Below, in pieces: positions 39,854 through 49,312 of a stretch of 64,000 nucleotides of DNA. The stretch lies in assembly GCA_963826185.1 (NCBI GenBank), contig CAWGVY010000003.1:69905-133904 (forward strand), given 5' to 3'. Every line of letters begins with the position of its first letter. Position 1 is the stretch's first letter. The translations under genes were made by a program, and so were the position numbers. The notes under the pieces were generated by a model. That model saw nothing but the letters and a program-made list of their open reading frames with translations, was not told the DNA's origin and did no database searches. Source of the DNA: an uncultured Actinomycetes bacterium. Lineage in GTDB: Bacteria; Actinomycetota; UBA4738; HRBIN12.

Positions 39854-39860
39854 GGATCGC

Positions 39861-41081
39861 TCATCCACCGGGGCGGGGTCGGGTATCGCGCCGGAGCCTC
39901 CGTCCGGCTGCGAACCGCAACCCGAGCCCGACCACCAGCAGGATCGCCGCTCCAGCGACGATCCACCGGGTCGATCCCGCGTCACCTCCTGGCGTGGGAG
40001 CCGGCGTCACGGCGGGCGATGAGGCCGGCCCCGGTGTCGGCGTGGAGGCCGTCGTGACGGCTGGCGTGGTGCCCTTGGGCTTCAGCTGCCAGATCGCGTC
40101 CATCGTCGCCACGCAGAGGCGTCCATCGGGCCCGAGGGTGACGTCGGTGACGCCAGAGGGCAGCGACGCCACCGTGGTGACCTTCCCTGTCGGAATATCC
40201 TCCGAGCGCAGGACCCGAACGCGCCCGTCGTTGAAGGAGCCGAAGTACACGTCGCCGCCCACGACCGCGCACCCCGTGACCGCGACCGTATCCGGCAGCA
40301 CGACGATCGGGTCGATCGTGCCGGCCTGGTGGGCGCGCCCGGTCACCTGCGGCCATCCGTAGTTCCCCCCGGGGCGGATACGATTCACCTCGTCGTCCAC
40401 GTCGGGACCGTTCTCCGTCTCCCACAGATCGCCCGTCTGCGGGTCCACGCACAGACCGAACGAGTTGCGATGCCCGAGCGAGTAGACCGCGTTCGGCTTC
40501 CCGTCAGGCCCGAACGGGTTGTCCGGTGGGATCGACCCGTCGGGGTTCAGCCGGATGATCTTCCCACCCAGATCCGTGGGGTCCTGGGCGCGATCGGCGT
40601 CGTGTCCCTCGCCGATCGAGAGATAGAGCGTGCCGTCGTTCCCGAATGCGATATCGCCCCCGTTGTGGTAGCCCGCCGAGGCATCGAGGGCGCTCAGGAG
40701 GGTCTGGCGCTCGCCGCCCACATCGCCGTTGGCTCGGACCCGGATCAGGCGGTTGCGCCCGTCCGACGCGTCGGTGAAGTACAGGTACACCCAGGGATCG
40801 GTCTGGAAGTGGGGATCGAGCGCCAAGCCCAGCAATCCACGCTCGGCGTCACCCACGACGTCGACGGTGACGAAGGGCCGGTCCAGCAGTTCGCCGTTGC
40901 GGACGATGCGGACCCGCCCCGTCTCCTTCTCGGTGTAGAAGAGGCGGCCGTCGGGAGCGAACGCGAGGTTCGTGGGGAAGGCGGCGTCCTCGAGGAACGG
41001 CTTCGGCCCAGAGGCAAGCGCGACGGACGGGGTTATGAGCCCGACGCCCACGACGACGAGGACGAACACCGCGCGACGCAT
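39861..41081 (-). CDS. PQQ-dependent sugar dehydrogenase (soluble glucose/sorbosone dehydrogenase fold) with a C-terminal membrane anchor
   Basis: Signal peptide, then GLLGLALDPHF, YHNGGDIAFGNDGTLY and LGHRNSFG. A Pro/Thr-rich linker is followed by a TM segment (WIVAGAAILLVVGLGL). Confidence 0.75.
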   Translation of the reverse strand: MRRAVFVLVVVGVGLITPSVALASGPKPFLEDAAFPTNLAFAPDGRLFYTEKETGRVRIVRNGELLDRPFVTVDVVGDAERGLLGLALDPHFQTDPWVYLYFTDASDGRNRLIRVRANGDVGGERQTLLSALDASAGYHNGGDIAFGNDGTLYLSIGEGHDADRAQDPTDLGGKIIRLNPDGSIPPDNPFGPDGKPNAVYSLGHRNSFGLCVDPQTGDLWETENGPDVDDEVNRIRPGGNYGWPQVTGRAHQAGTIDPIVVLPDTVAVTGCAVVGGDVYFGSFNDGRVRVLRSEDIPTGKVTTVASLPSGVTDVTLGPDGRLCVATMDAIWQLKPKGTTPAVTTASTPTPGPASSPAVTPAPTPGGDAGSTRWIVAGAAILLVVGLGLRFAAGRRLRRDTRPRPGG

Positions 41082-41086
41082 CAGGG

Positions 41087-42229
41087 CTAGCCGAGGGCCT
41101 GCGCCAGATCCGTGATCAGATCGTCGGGGTGCTCGATACCCACCGACAGTCGGATCAGGGTTGGCGGCACCTCCAGCGGGGAGTCGGCCACGCTGGCGTG
41201 GGTCATGGGACCCGGCACCTCGATGAGGGACTCCACCCCGCCCAGGGACTCCGCCAGGAAGAACCAGTGGGTGCGCTCAACGACGTCCCGCGCTTCCGCG
41301 GCCGATCCGACCTCGAAGGAGACCATGCCTCCGAAATCCGCCATCTGGCGCCGGGCGATGTCGTGACCCGGATGGTCCGCGAGCCCCGGGTAGTACACGC
41401 GCGACACACGCGGGTGATCCACCAGGAACGCGGCGACCGCCGTCGCTCCTTCGCAATGGGCGCGCATCCTTAGCGCCAGGGTCTTCACGCCACGAAGCGC
41501 GAGGTAGCAATCCATAGGCCCGGGCACGGCTCCCACGGCGTTGGTGAGGAAGCCCAATCGATCGACCCAGTCCGGCTGATCGGTGACGATCGCGCCCCCG
41601 ATCAGATCCGAGTGACCGCCTAGGTACTTGGTGACGCTGTGAACCACGGCGTCGGCTCCGAGCTCGAGCGGCCGCTGCAGGGCGGGGGTCGCGAAGGTGT
41701 TGTCGACCACCACCCGGACGCCCGCCTCGTGCGCCAACGTGCTCACGGCCTCGATGTCCACGATCTTCAGCAGCGGGTTCGTGGGGGTCTCGATCCACAC
41801 GAGCCGCGTGCGGGAACCCAGCGCCGACGCCACGGCCTCACGGTCGGCCAGGTCCACCGTGGTGTAGGTGAGGCCCCATCCGGCGAAGACGGTCGAGAGC
41901 AGACGGTACGTGCCGCCGTAGACATCGTCGGCCAGCACGACGTGATCGCCGGGGTCAAGCGTCAGGAGCAGCGTGGTCTCCGCCGCGAGGCCGCTCGCGA
42001 ACGCGAACGCGTGGTCGCCGCCTTCCAGCGAGGCGAGCGCGGTCTGGAACGCCTCCCGTGTGGGGTTCCCGCCTCGAGCGTAGTCCCAGACCTTCGGCTT
42101 CCCGACGGCGTCCTGCGCGTAGGTCGAGGTCTGGAAGATGGGCACGTTCACCGATCCGTACTGTCCTTCGGGATCCTGTCCCGCGTGGATCGCGCGCGTT
42201 TCGAACCGCGGTGGCTCCAGTTGGCTCAC
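41087..42229 (-). CDS. metB: cystathionine gamma-lyase/synthase (Cys/Met-metabolism PLP enzyme)
   Basis: Motifs FETRAIHAGQ and HSVTKYLGGHSD (PLP Lys). I chose GTG 42229 because it overlaps the upstream stop (GTGA). Confidence 0.85.
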   Translation of the reverse strand: MSQLEPPRFETRAIHAGQDPEGQYGSVNVPIFQTSTYAQDAVGKPKVWDYARGGNPTREAFQTALASLEGGDHAFAFASGLAAETTLLLTLDPGDHVVLADDVYGGTYRLLSTVFAGWGLTYTTVDLADREAVASALGSRTRLVWIETPTNPLLKIVDIEAVSTLAHEAGVRVVVDNTFATPALQRPLELGADAVVHSVTKYLGGHSDLIGGAIVTDQPDWVDRLGFLTNAVGAVPGPMDCYLALRGVKTLALRMRAHCEGATAVAAFLVDHPRVSRVYYPGLADHPGHDIARRQMADFGGMVSFEVGSAAEARDVVERTHWFFLAESLGGVESLIEVPGPMTHASVADSPLEVPPTLIRLSVGIEHPDDLITDLAQALG

Positions 42230-43065
42230 CTCATCTCCGGCGGCGGCTTCCATCCCCGTGCCGTGAGCTCGTCCGCTGCCTCGACCCCGTCGCGGACCCG
42301 CTGCCAGAGCAACGCCTTCCGTTTCGCGTCGTGCCCTTTGGCGAACCGGCCGCGCACGAGCTCCTGGCACGCGGGATCGCCGCATCCGCAGTAGTTGAAC
42401 AGGGGAGAGGCGTCCGAAGGCGCCGCCGCCGCCCGTCGGTACGGCGTCGCCGGCAGCGCCGAAGAGGGGAGCACGATCACCCCTTCATGAGGATCACCCG
42501 GCGCGAAGCGATGACCCTCGAGCACGAGGAGCCCCGTGAGCGCTGCGACCGCGGCGTCGACCTGATCGGCCGAGCCGAGTTCATCGGTACGCACCCCTTC
42601 GGCGCGCAGCACGGAGTCACGCCACGCGCGCTTGCGTGCGCCCTTCGGAGGCAGGGCACCGGCCAGCACCACGCAGCTGGCGTGAGGGAACACCTCCATC
42701 GCCGATCGGCGAGGGTTCCCGGCCCCGTAGGTGCGGAACCCGGCCTCGCGGGCCTGATCGAAGACCCGGAACCCCACCTCCATCCATGCGAAGAACCGCC
42801 TCCCCTCACCGTGGGCCTGCGACGGAGTGTTGAACGATTGGATGTTAAGCGCGGCCAGCTCGCGCTCGGTGAGACGCGAGCGTCCGGATGCAGCCCAGCG
42901 GGGCGGCGAATCGATCGCGACGACATCGGGGCGCAACTCACCGACCAGGCGCCCTACCTCCGTGACCCGCACCCGGGACATCACGTGGAGTGGCACCCGG
43001 CGTTCGTCCATGAGGACGACGTCGAGCCCCTTGCCCACGCCCACGTCGACGCCCAGCGAACGCAC
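42226..43065 (-). CDS. DUF429-family (predicted RNase-H-like) protein with a Cys-rich basic C-terminal tail
   Basis: N-terminal sequence LGVDVGVGKGLDVVL...VVAIDSPPRW, and C-terminal sequence CGCGDPACQELVRGRFAKGHDAKRK. The GTG start lies 4 nt after the cbs stop. Confidence 0.55.
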   Translation of the reverse strand: MRSLGVDVGVGKGLDVVLMDERRVPLHVMSRVRVTEVGRLVGELRPDVVAIDSPPRWAASGRSRLTERELAALNIQSFNTPSQAHGEGRRFFAWMEVGFRVFDQAREAGFRTYGAGNPRRSAMEVFPHASCVVLAGALPPKGARKRAWRDSVLRAEGVRTDELGSADQVDAAVAALTGLLVLEGHRFAPGDPHEGVIVLPSSALPATPYRRAAAAPSDASPLFNYCGCGDPACQELVRGRFAKGHDAKRKALLWQRVRDGVEAADELTARGWKPPPEMR

Positions 43066-43069
43066 GTGG

Positions 43070-44442
43070 CTAGCGAGCCCCGCGGCGATGCGACAGGAAG
43101 TCCAGCAGATCGCTCCGCGTCAGCACGCCCAGAACGCTACCCGACTTCGCCACCAGCACCGCGGGCTGGTCCTCGAGCTCGGCGAACGCCGACTCGACCG
43201 GATCGTCCCACTCGACCATGGGGATCGGCGCGGCCATCACCTCGGCCACGTCGGCCTGTAACGAATCGGGATCGCGGAAGACCCGTTCCAAGAGCTCGCG
43301 GTCGCGGATCGAACCCACGAACTGCGCCACCTCCGTGGTCTCCTCGCGCACGACCGGAGCCTGGCTGATCGAATGCTTCTGTAACGTATCAACCGCCTGG
43401 CGGACCTTGGCGTGGGCGTTGACGGTGATCAGGGCCGGGAGCTCGCTCCCCTTCGCGCCCAGGACCTCCTCGACCCGGATCATCTCGGGACGGTCGAGCA
43501 TCCCATACTGCAGCATCCACGAATCCGAGTAGATCTTCGATAGGTAGCCGCGCCCGGTATCGGGGAGCAGCACCACCACGACCTTCGAGGCATCCAGCTC
43601 CCGGGCCACCTGCAGCGCGGCGAAGACCGCCGTCCCGCACGAGCCGCCCACCAGGATCCCTTCCTGACGGGTCACGGCGCGCGCCGTGAGGAAGGAGTCG
43701 CGGTCACCGACCTTCACGTAGCGGTCGACGACCGTGGGGTCGAACGTGTCCGGCCAGAAGTCTTCGCCGATGCCCTCTACGAGGTACGGGCAGGCTCGTC
43801 GCCCGAATACACGGATCCTTCCGGATCGGCGCCGACGACGGTCACCTGAGGGTTCTGCTCCTTCAGGTAGCGACCGACGCCGCTGATCGTGCCGCCGGTG
43901 CCGATCCCTGCCACGAAGACGTCGACCTTCCCCTCGGTCTGACGCCAGATCTCAGGGCCCGTGGTCTCGTAGTGGGTGCGCGGGTTCTCCGGATTGAAGT
44001 ACTGGTTCGGCTGGAAGGCGCCGGGGATCTCGGCGGCCAGGCGATCGGCGACGCGGTAGTAACTCTCCGGGGACTCGGGGGGAACGGCGGTCGGCGTGAT
44101 GACGACCTCCGCGCCGTACGCCCGCAGGAGGGCGATCTTCTCCTGGCTCATCTTGTCGGGCATCACGAAGATGCACTTATAGCCACGGATCGCGGCTGCG
44201 ATCGCGAGACCGTGACCGGTGTTGCCAGACGTCGGTTCGACGATCGTGCCCCCGGGTCGCAGCTTGCCGGCCCGCTCTGCGGCCTCGATCATCCGGATCC
44301 CGATCCGATCCTTCACGCTGCCACCGGGGTTGAGCATCTCCAGCTTCGCCAGGACCGTGGGGCGGATCCCGGCGGTCACCGCATGGAGCTTCACCAGCGG
44401 CGTGTCCCCCATCGCATCGAGGAACGTGTCCAGCGTCTCCAT
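43070..44442 (-). CDS. cbs: cystathionine beta-synthase (PLP domain plus CBS pair), one apparent frame change near 43790
   Basis: Motifs [17 protein letters not shown] and TSGNTG are in the frame of ORF 43777..44931. [17 protein letters not shown], the GGSCG motif and the CBS-pair domain are in the frame of ORF 43070..43717. Confidence 0.85.
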
Positions 44443-44614
44443 CCGACCCCTTTTCCCCACCCGTGGGCCATATCGTCCCATGGGGGCAGCTCCGCCGTCC
44501 CCGTTCGATCCGGGCATCTTCCCGGACCGGCTACACCTCGGGGGGTAAAGTGCCGATTCCAGGAGCTGAACCCGCGGACGTGGTGTGCCACGGGACGGCA
44601 TCGGGGTGGGAGCC

Positions 44615-45589
44615 ATGAGCGAACAGGACATCAGGATCGACGAGTCGGGCGAGCCTGGCGGGGGCGAGAGCCTCCTCGTCGTGGACGACGACCCGTTCAT
44701 CGCGAGGTTGCTCGAGATCGAGCTCCGGGCCGCTGGATACGAGGTCCGTGTGGCGAGCGACGGCGCGCTGGCGATGGCCGCCGCCCAGGAACGCTGCCCC
44801 GACCTGGTGCTGGCAGACGTGATGATGCCCAACATGGACGGCTTCGAGCTGACGCGACGTCTCCGCCAAGATCCGCGGACCGCCACCGTCTCGATCATCA
44901 TGCTGACTGCGCGAGGGCTGTCCGCCGACAAGCTCGAGGGATTCGCGATCGGCGCGGACGACTACATCGTCAAGCCGTTCGACACGCCCGAGCTGCTGGC
45001 GCGGATCCGTGGGGTGCTGCGCCGCTCCCGCGACATGCGTGCGCAATCACCTCTCACCGGACTTCCCGGCAACGTCCGGATCGAAGAGGAGATCGACGGC
45101 CGTGTCGAACTGGGAACCGATTTCGCGATCCTGTACGCCGATCTCGATCATTTCAAGGCGTTCAACGACCACTACGGCTTCATGCGCGGCGACGACGCGA
45201 TCCAGTCGACGGCCCGCATGATCGACGAAGTGGCCCGGGAGCTCTCGGGCGGGAACGCCTTCGTCGGGCATGTCGGCGGCGACGACTTCGTGATCGTGGT
45301 GGAGCCTGAGATCGCCGCCGTCGTCGCGCAGGGGATCGTGGAACGGTTCGACGCGATGGTGGCCGATCTGTACGACTCCGAGGATCGCGAGCGCGGGTAC
45401 GTGGAGGTGACGAACCGGCGCGGCGAGCTTCAGCGGTTCCCGATGATCACGATCTCCGTGGGGATCGCCTCCACCGAGAACCGGAAGTTCCAGCACTACG
45501 CGGAGGCCGTGGCGGTCGCCACGGAGATGAAGCAGTACACGAAAGGATCGACCGGCTCGTCCTGGGCCATGGACCGCCGCGCGGTCTGA
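44615..45589 (+). CDS. response regulator with a REC domain and a GGDEF-type domain (motif reads GGDDF)
   Basis: REC sequence ([21 protein letters not shown]). Cyclase-type domain sequence ([32 protein letters not shown]). I chose ATG 44615, which follows GGGGTGGGAG. Confidence 0.75.
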   Translation: MSEQDIRIDESGEPGGGESLLVVDDDPFIARLLEIELRAAGYEVRVASDGALAMAAAQERCPDLVLADVMMPNMDGFELTRRLRQDPRTATVSIIMLTARGLSADKLEGFAIGADDYIVKPFDTPELLARIRGVLRRSRDMRAQSPLTGLPGNVRIEEEIDGRVELGTDFAILYADLDHFKAFNDHYGFMRGDDAIQSTARMIDEVARELSGGNAFVGHVGGDDFVIVVEPEIAAVVAQGIVERFDAMVADLYDSEDRERGYVEVTNRRGELQRFPMITISVGIASTENRKFQHYAEAVAVATEMKQYTKGSTGSSWAMDRRAV

Positions 45590-45590
45590 G

Positions 45591-46781
45591 TCACGGCAGA
45601 GGCGCCGGCTCCGCCAGGTAGAACCCCTGGCCGAACGGGACCTCCAGCTCCAGCAGGGTGTCGAGCTCCGCTTGGGTCTCGATGCCCTCCGCCACGATCG
45701 TCATCCCCATCTCCTCGGCGAAGGAGATCAACGCGGCCGCCAGGGCATGCTTGCCGTGGTCCGTGTCGATGTCGCGGGTCAGGCTGATGTCGAGTTTCAC
45801 GATGTCGGGCGCGATCTGCAGGGTGTGTCGGAGGCTCGCGAAGCCCGCGCCGGCATCGTCGATCGCGACCCTCACGCCTTGGGCACGAAGGGCGCCGAGC
45901 GCCTCGAGCAGATCGTGGTAGTCCTCGATCGCCTCGTGCTCGGTGATCTCCAGGACGATGCGGCGCGCGTCTAAGGTCAGGGCGGATACGAACGGCGGCG
46001 ACAGCGCCGCCCGGTGGGAGCAGTTGATCGATAGGAACGCGTCCGGCGGCAGACGGGGGAGCGCCCGGAGAGCTTGTCGCACCGTGGCGAGCTCCAACTG
46101 GACGCCGAGCTCCAGGGTCACGGCCTCGGCGAACCATTCGTTCGGTGGGCGCAGGGGGAGTGAGCGGAACCGAGCGAGCGCCTCGAAGCCCACGATGGCC
46201 CGTGTCCGCAGGTCCACGACGGGTTGGTACACCATGCTGAGGCCATCGCCCGCCATGAAGCGTTCGATCGCGCCGCGTTTGGCGTCTCGCTGCTCCTCCT
46301 CGATCTCCTCGCGGCGCAGTTGCGACGTAAGCTCCTGGACGATCCCGCCGAGGACCTCCGTCGACAAGCTGGTGCCGCCCGCCATGACCTTCCCGATGGA
46401 GCCGACGATCTCCTCGGCCGCCGTGCCCTTCACCAGGTAGCCGACGGCCCCGGCCCTGAGCATCTCCAGGACGGTCGGCCGATCCTCGAACGCGGAGAGC
46501 GCGATCACACGGGTGCTGGGCGAGACGCGCGTGATCTCCCGAGCGGCCCTTGGCCCGCCTCCCGCCGGCATCTTCACGTCCACCAGCGCGACGTCGGGCC
46601 GTTCGTGATCGGCGAGCTCGATCGCCTCGTCGGCGTCGCCGGCCGTGCCGATCAGGGTGACCCCGTCCTCGTGTGCCAGCAGGTCGGCCAGAGCGATGCG
46701 CAACGCGGGCTCGTCGTCCGCGATCAACACGCGGATCGGATCGATGCCGGCGTCGTTGTGGGGAGAGGTGCCGACGGCCAT
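45591..46781 (-). CDS. response regulator with a REC domain and an EAL phosphodiesterase domain
   Basis: REC sequence (VLIADDE, DVKMP). EAL-domain motifs (FEALARF, EITE, DDAGAG, KLD, EGIET, QGF). I chose the in-frame ATG at 46781. The upstream 581 codons of track ORF 45591..48524 are antisense to hutU. Confidence 0.8.
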   Translation of the reverse strand: MAVGTSPHNDAGIDPIRVLIADDEPALRIALADLLAHEDGVTLIGTAGDADEAIELADHERPDVALVDVKMPAGGGPRAAREITRVSPSTRVIALSAFEDRPTVLEMLRAGAVGYLVKGTAAEEIVGSIGKVMAGGTSLSTEVLGGIVQELTSQLRREEIEEEQRDAKRGAIERFMAGDGLSMVYQPVVDLRTRAIVGFEALARFRSLPLRPPNEWFAEAVTLELGVQLELATVRQALRALPRLPPDAFLSINCSHRAALSPPFVSALTLDARRIVLEITEHEAIEDYHDLLEALGALRAQGVRVAIDDAGAGFASLRHTLQIAPDIVKLDISLTRDIDTDHGKHALAAALISFAEEMGMTIVAEGIETQAELDTLLELEVPFGQGFYLAEPAPLP

Positions 46782-46901
46782 CGGGGGGACGGTAGCCGCG
46801 ATGGGGGGTCGTCTCAAGCATCCACGCTGCTCGGCAGTCTGGATGGACGGGTAGCATCGAGCGTCCGCGTCTACAGATCCAGCCGAGGGGAGGCTGAACG
46901 G

Positions 46902-48560
46902 ATGAGCGCTCCGGAGGTTCGCGCGCCTCGCGGATCCAGCCTGACCTGCCGCTCGTGGCCTCAGGAAGCCGCCATGCGGATGCTCATGAACAACCTGGAC
47001 CCCGAGGTCGCCGAGCGGCCGGCGGACCTGGTCGTCTATGGCGGCACCGGGCGGGCCGCTCGCTCGTGGGAGGCGTATCACGCGATCGTCCGTTCGCTCC
47101 GCGAGTTGGCCGACGACGAGACCCTCCTGGTGCAATCCGGCAAGCCCGTGGCCATCTTCCGAACGCACCCCGCGGCTCCCCGGGTGCTGATCGCGAACTC
47201 CCTGCTCGTCCCCAACTGGGCGAACTGGGAGACCTTCCGCGAGCTGGAGGCCGAGGGGCTGACGATGTACGGGCAGATGACCGCGGGCAGCTGGATCTAC
47301 ATCGGCACCCAGGGGATCCTCCAAGGGACCTACGAGACCCTCGCCGAATGCGCCCACCAACACTTCGGCGGCTCGCTGGCCGGCACCGTGACGCTCACGG
47401 GGGGCCTGGGCGGCATGGGCGGCGCCCAGCCGTTGGCCGTCACCATGAACGGCGGCGTCGCCCTGTGCGTGGAGATCGACCCGCAGAGGATCGAGCGGCG
47501 GGTGGCGACCCGCTACCTCGACCGCTGGACCGTCGACCTGGACGAGGCCGTCACGTGGTCCCTGGACGCGAGCCGCTCCCGGGAGCCCGTGTCGATCGGT
47601 CTGGTCGGCAACTGCGCCGAGGTCTTCCCCGAACTCTTGCGCCGTGGGTTCCCGGCCGACATCGTGACCGACCAGACGAGCGCACACGATCCCCTGGGAG
47701 GGTACGTGCCCGAGCACCTGTCCTTGCCCGAGGCTGAGGCGCTGCGCCGCGAGCCACAGGAGTACGTTGCGCGTTCGTACGCATCGATGGCCCATCACGT
47801 CGACGCGATGGTGGGGTTCCTGGAGAGCGGAGCGGTGGTCTTCGACTACGGCAACAACCTCCGGGCCGGGGCCGAGCTGGGCGGCCTTGGCCACGATCGC
47901 GCCTACGCCTACCCGGGATTCGTACCCGCGTTCGTCCGCCCGCTGTTCTGCGAGGGGAAGGGTCCGTTCCGGTGGGCAGCGCTGTCCGGCGATCCGGATG
48001 ACATCGCGAAGACGGACCGCGCCGTGGCCGAGCTGTTCCCCGACGACGAGCGGCTCCATCGCTGGCTGGAGATGGCGGCCGAGCGCGTGGCCTTCCAGGG
48101 GCTCCCAGCCCGGATCTGCTGGCTCGGCTACGGCGAGCGTGCGCGCGCAGGCCTCCGGTTCAACGAGATGGTGGCCGCCGGCGAGGTCTCGGCACCGATC
48201 GTGATCGGCCGAGACCATCTGGACGCGGGGAGCGTCGCGAGCCCGTTCCGAGAGACCGAGGCCATGCGGGACGGGTCCGACGCCATCGCCGACTGGCCCA
48301 TCCTCAACGCGCTGGTGAACACCGCGGCGGGTGCCCACTGGGTGAGCGTGCACCACGGCGGCGGCGTGGGGATCGGCTATTCGATCCACGCGGGGATGGT
48401 CGTGGTGGCCGACGGCACCCCCGATGCCCACGACCGGCTGGAGCGGGTGCTGACCTCCGATCCCGGCATGGGGGTGGTGCGCCACGCGGATGCGGGCTAC
48501 GAACGCGCCATCGAGGTGGCCCACGAACGGGGCGTTCGCATCCCGATGGAGGAACGCTGA
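46902..48560 (+). CDS. hutU: urocanate hydratase
   Basis: The in-frame ATG at 46902 follows GAGGGGAGG. Motifs [14 protein letters not shown] and [13 protein letters not shown]. Confidence 0.9.
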   Translation: MSAPEVRAPRGSSLTCRSWPQEAAMRMLMNNLDPEVAERPADLVVYGGTGRAARSWEAYHAIVRSLRELADDETLLVQSGKPVAIFRTHPAAPRVLIANSLLVPNWANWETFRELEAEGLTMYGQMTAGSWIYIGTQGILQGTYETLAECAHQHFGGSLAGTVTLTGGLGGMGGAQPLAVTMNGGVALCVEIDPQRIERRVATRYLDRWTVDLDEAVTWSLDASRSREPVSIGLVGNCAEVFPELLRRGFPADIVTDQTSAHDPLGGYVPEHLSLPEAEALRREPQEYVARSYASMAHHVDAMVGFLESGAVVFDYGNNLRAGAELGGLGHDRAYAYPGFVPAFVRPLFCEGKGPFRWAALSGDPDDIAKTDRAVAELFPDDERLHRWLEMAAERVAFQGLPARICWLGYGERARAGLRFNEMVAAGEVSAPIVIGRDHLDAGSVASPFRETEAMRDGSDAIADWPILNALVNTAAGAHWVSVHHGGGVGIGYSIHAGMVVVADGTPDAHDRLERVLTSDPGMGVVRHADAGYERAIEVAHERGVRIPMEER

Positions 48561-48562
48561 CG

Positions 48563-49273
48563 GTGCCCGACCGCCAGATCGTGGCGATGGGCGGAGGCGG
48601 CTTCTCGGATGACGACCCCCTCTTGGACCGATACGTCCTGGAGCTGACCGGCGCCCGGCGCCCGAAGGTGTGTTTCGTGCCCACGGCCTCGGGTGACTCG
48701 TTGACGTACCTGCTGCGCTTCTTCGAAGACGCGTTCCCCGCTGGGTCCGTCGACCGGTCCGTCCTGCGCTTGTTCGGCCGCGACGTGGCGGACATCGGCG
48801 CGTTCCTGGGGGACCAGGACGTGATCTACGTGGGTGGAGGAAACACCGCGAACATGCTGGCGATCTGGCGACTCCACGGCGTGGACACCGCGCTTCGCTC
48901 GGCCTGGGAGGCGGGGGTGGTTTGCTGCGGCGTCAGCGCCGGCGCGAATTGCTGGTTCGAGGCCAGCACCACCGACGCGTTCCTGGTGGGCACGGCCGAC
49001 CCTCTCCCCGACGGTCTTGCCCTCCTTCCCGGGAGCTTCTGCCCCCACTACCACGGCGAACCCGGGCGGCGGCCGAACTTCCACCGGTTGATCGCCGACG
49101 GCACGTTGGGCTCCGGGATCGCATGCGACGATCTGGCCGCGGTCCGCTTCGAGGGAACGCGACTGGCGGAGGCGGTGGCCTCGAGCGATGCGGCCCGCGC
49201 GTACCGGGTGTCGCCGGTGACCGACGGTCCCGGCGTCACCGAGGAGCCGCTGGAGATGCGTCGTCTGACTTGA
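48563..49273 (+). CDS. S51-family peptidase (dipeptidase E / cyanophycinase family)
   Basis: Motifs VYVGGGNTANM, GVSAGAN (Ser nucleophile) and PHY. The GTG start is 2 nt after the hutU stop. Confidence 0.65.
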   Translation: MPDRQIVAMGGGGFSDDDPLLDRYVLELTGARRPKVCFVPTASGDSLTYLLRFFEDAFPAGSVDRSVLRLFGRDVADIGAFLGDQDVIYVGGGNTANMLAIWRLHGVDTALRSAWEAGVVCCGVSAGANCWFEASTTDAFLVGTADPLPDGLALLPGSFCPHYHGEPGRRPNFHRLIADGTLGSGIACDDLAAVRFEGTRLAEAVASSDAARAYRVSPVTDGPGVTEEPLEMRRLT

Positions 49274-49312
49274 GCCTCGATCCCGGACAGCCGATGTCAG
49301 GGGCAGCAACGG

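Noticed and set aside
44443-44614. A possible SAM/SAH-type riboswitch in the 5' region of cbs.
   Set aside because: I compared it by eye with the SAM-I, SAM-IV and SAH consensus cores. Only generic GC hairpins are present and none of the conserved cores.
46782-48524. N-terminal 581 codons of the 977-aa minus-strand ORF 45591..48524.
   Set aside because: This part is antisense to hutU and low-complexity. Only the last 396 codons (REC-EAL, from ATG 46781) carry domain motifs.
18061-49273. A functional link between the cyanophycin-synthetase-like ligase (18-19.8 kb) and the S51 cyanophycinase-family peptidase (48.6 kb).
   Set aside because: The two genes are about 29 kb apart in unrelated operons. 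The family-level coincidence is not evidence for a cyanophycin system.
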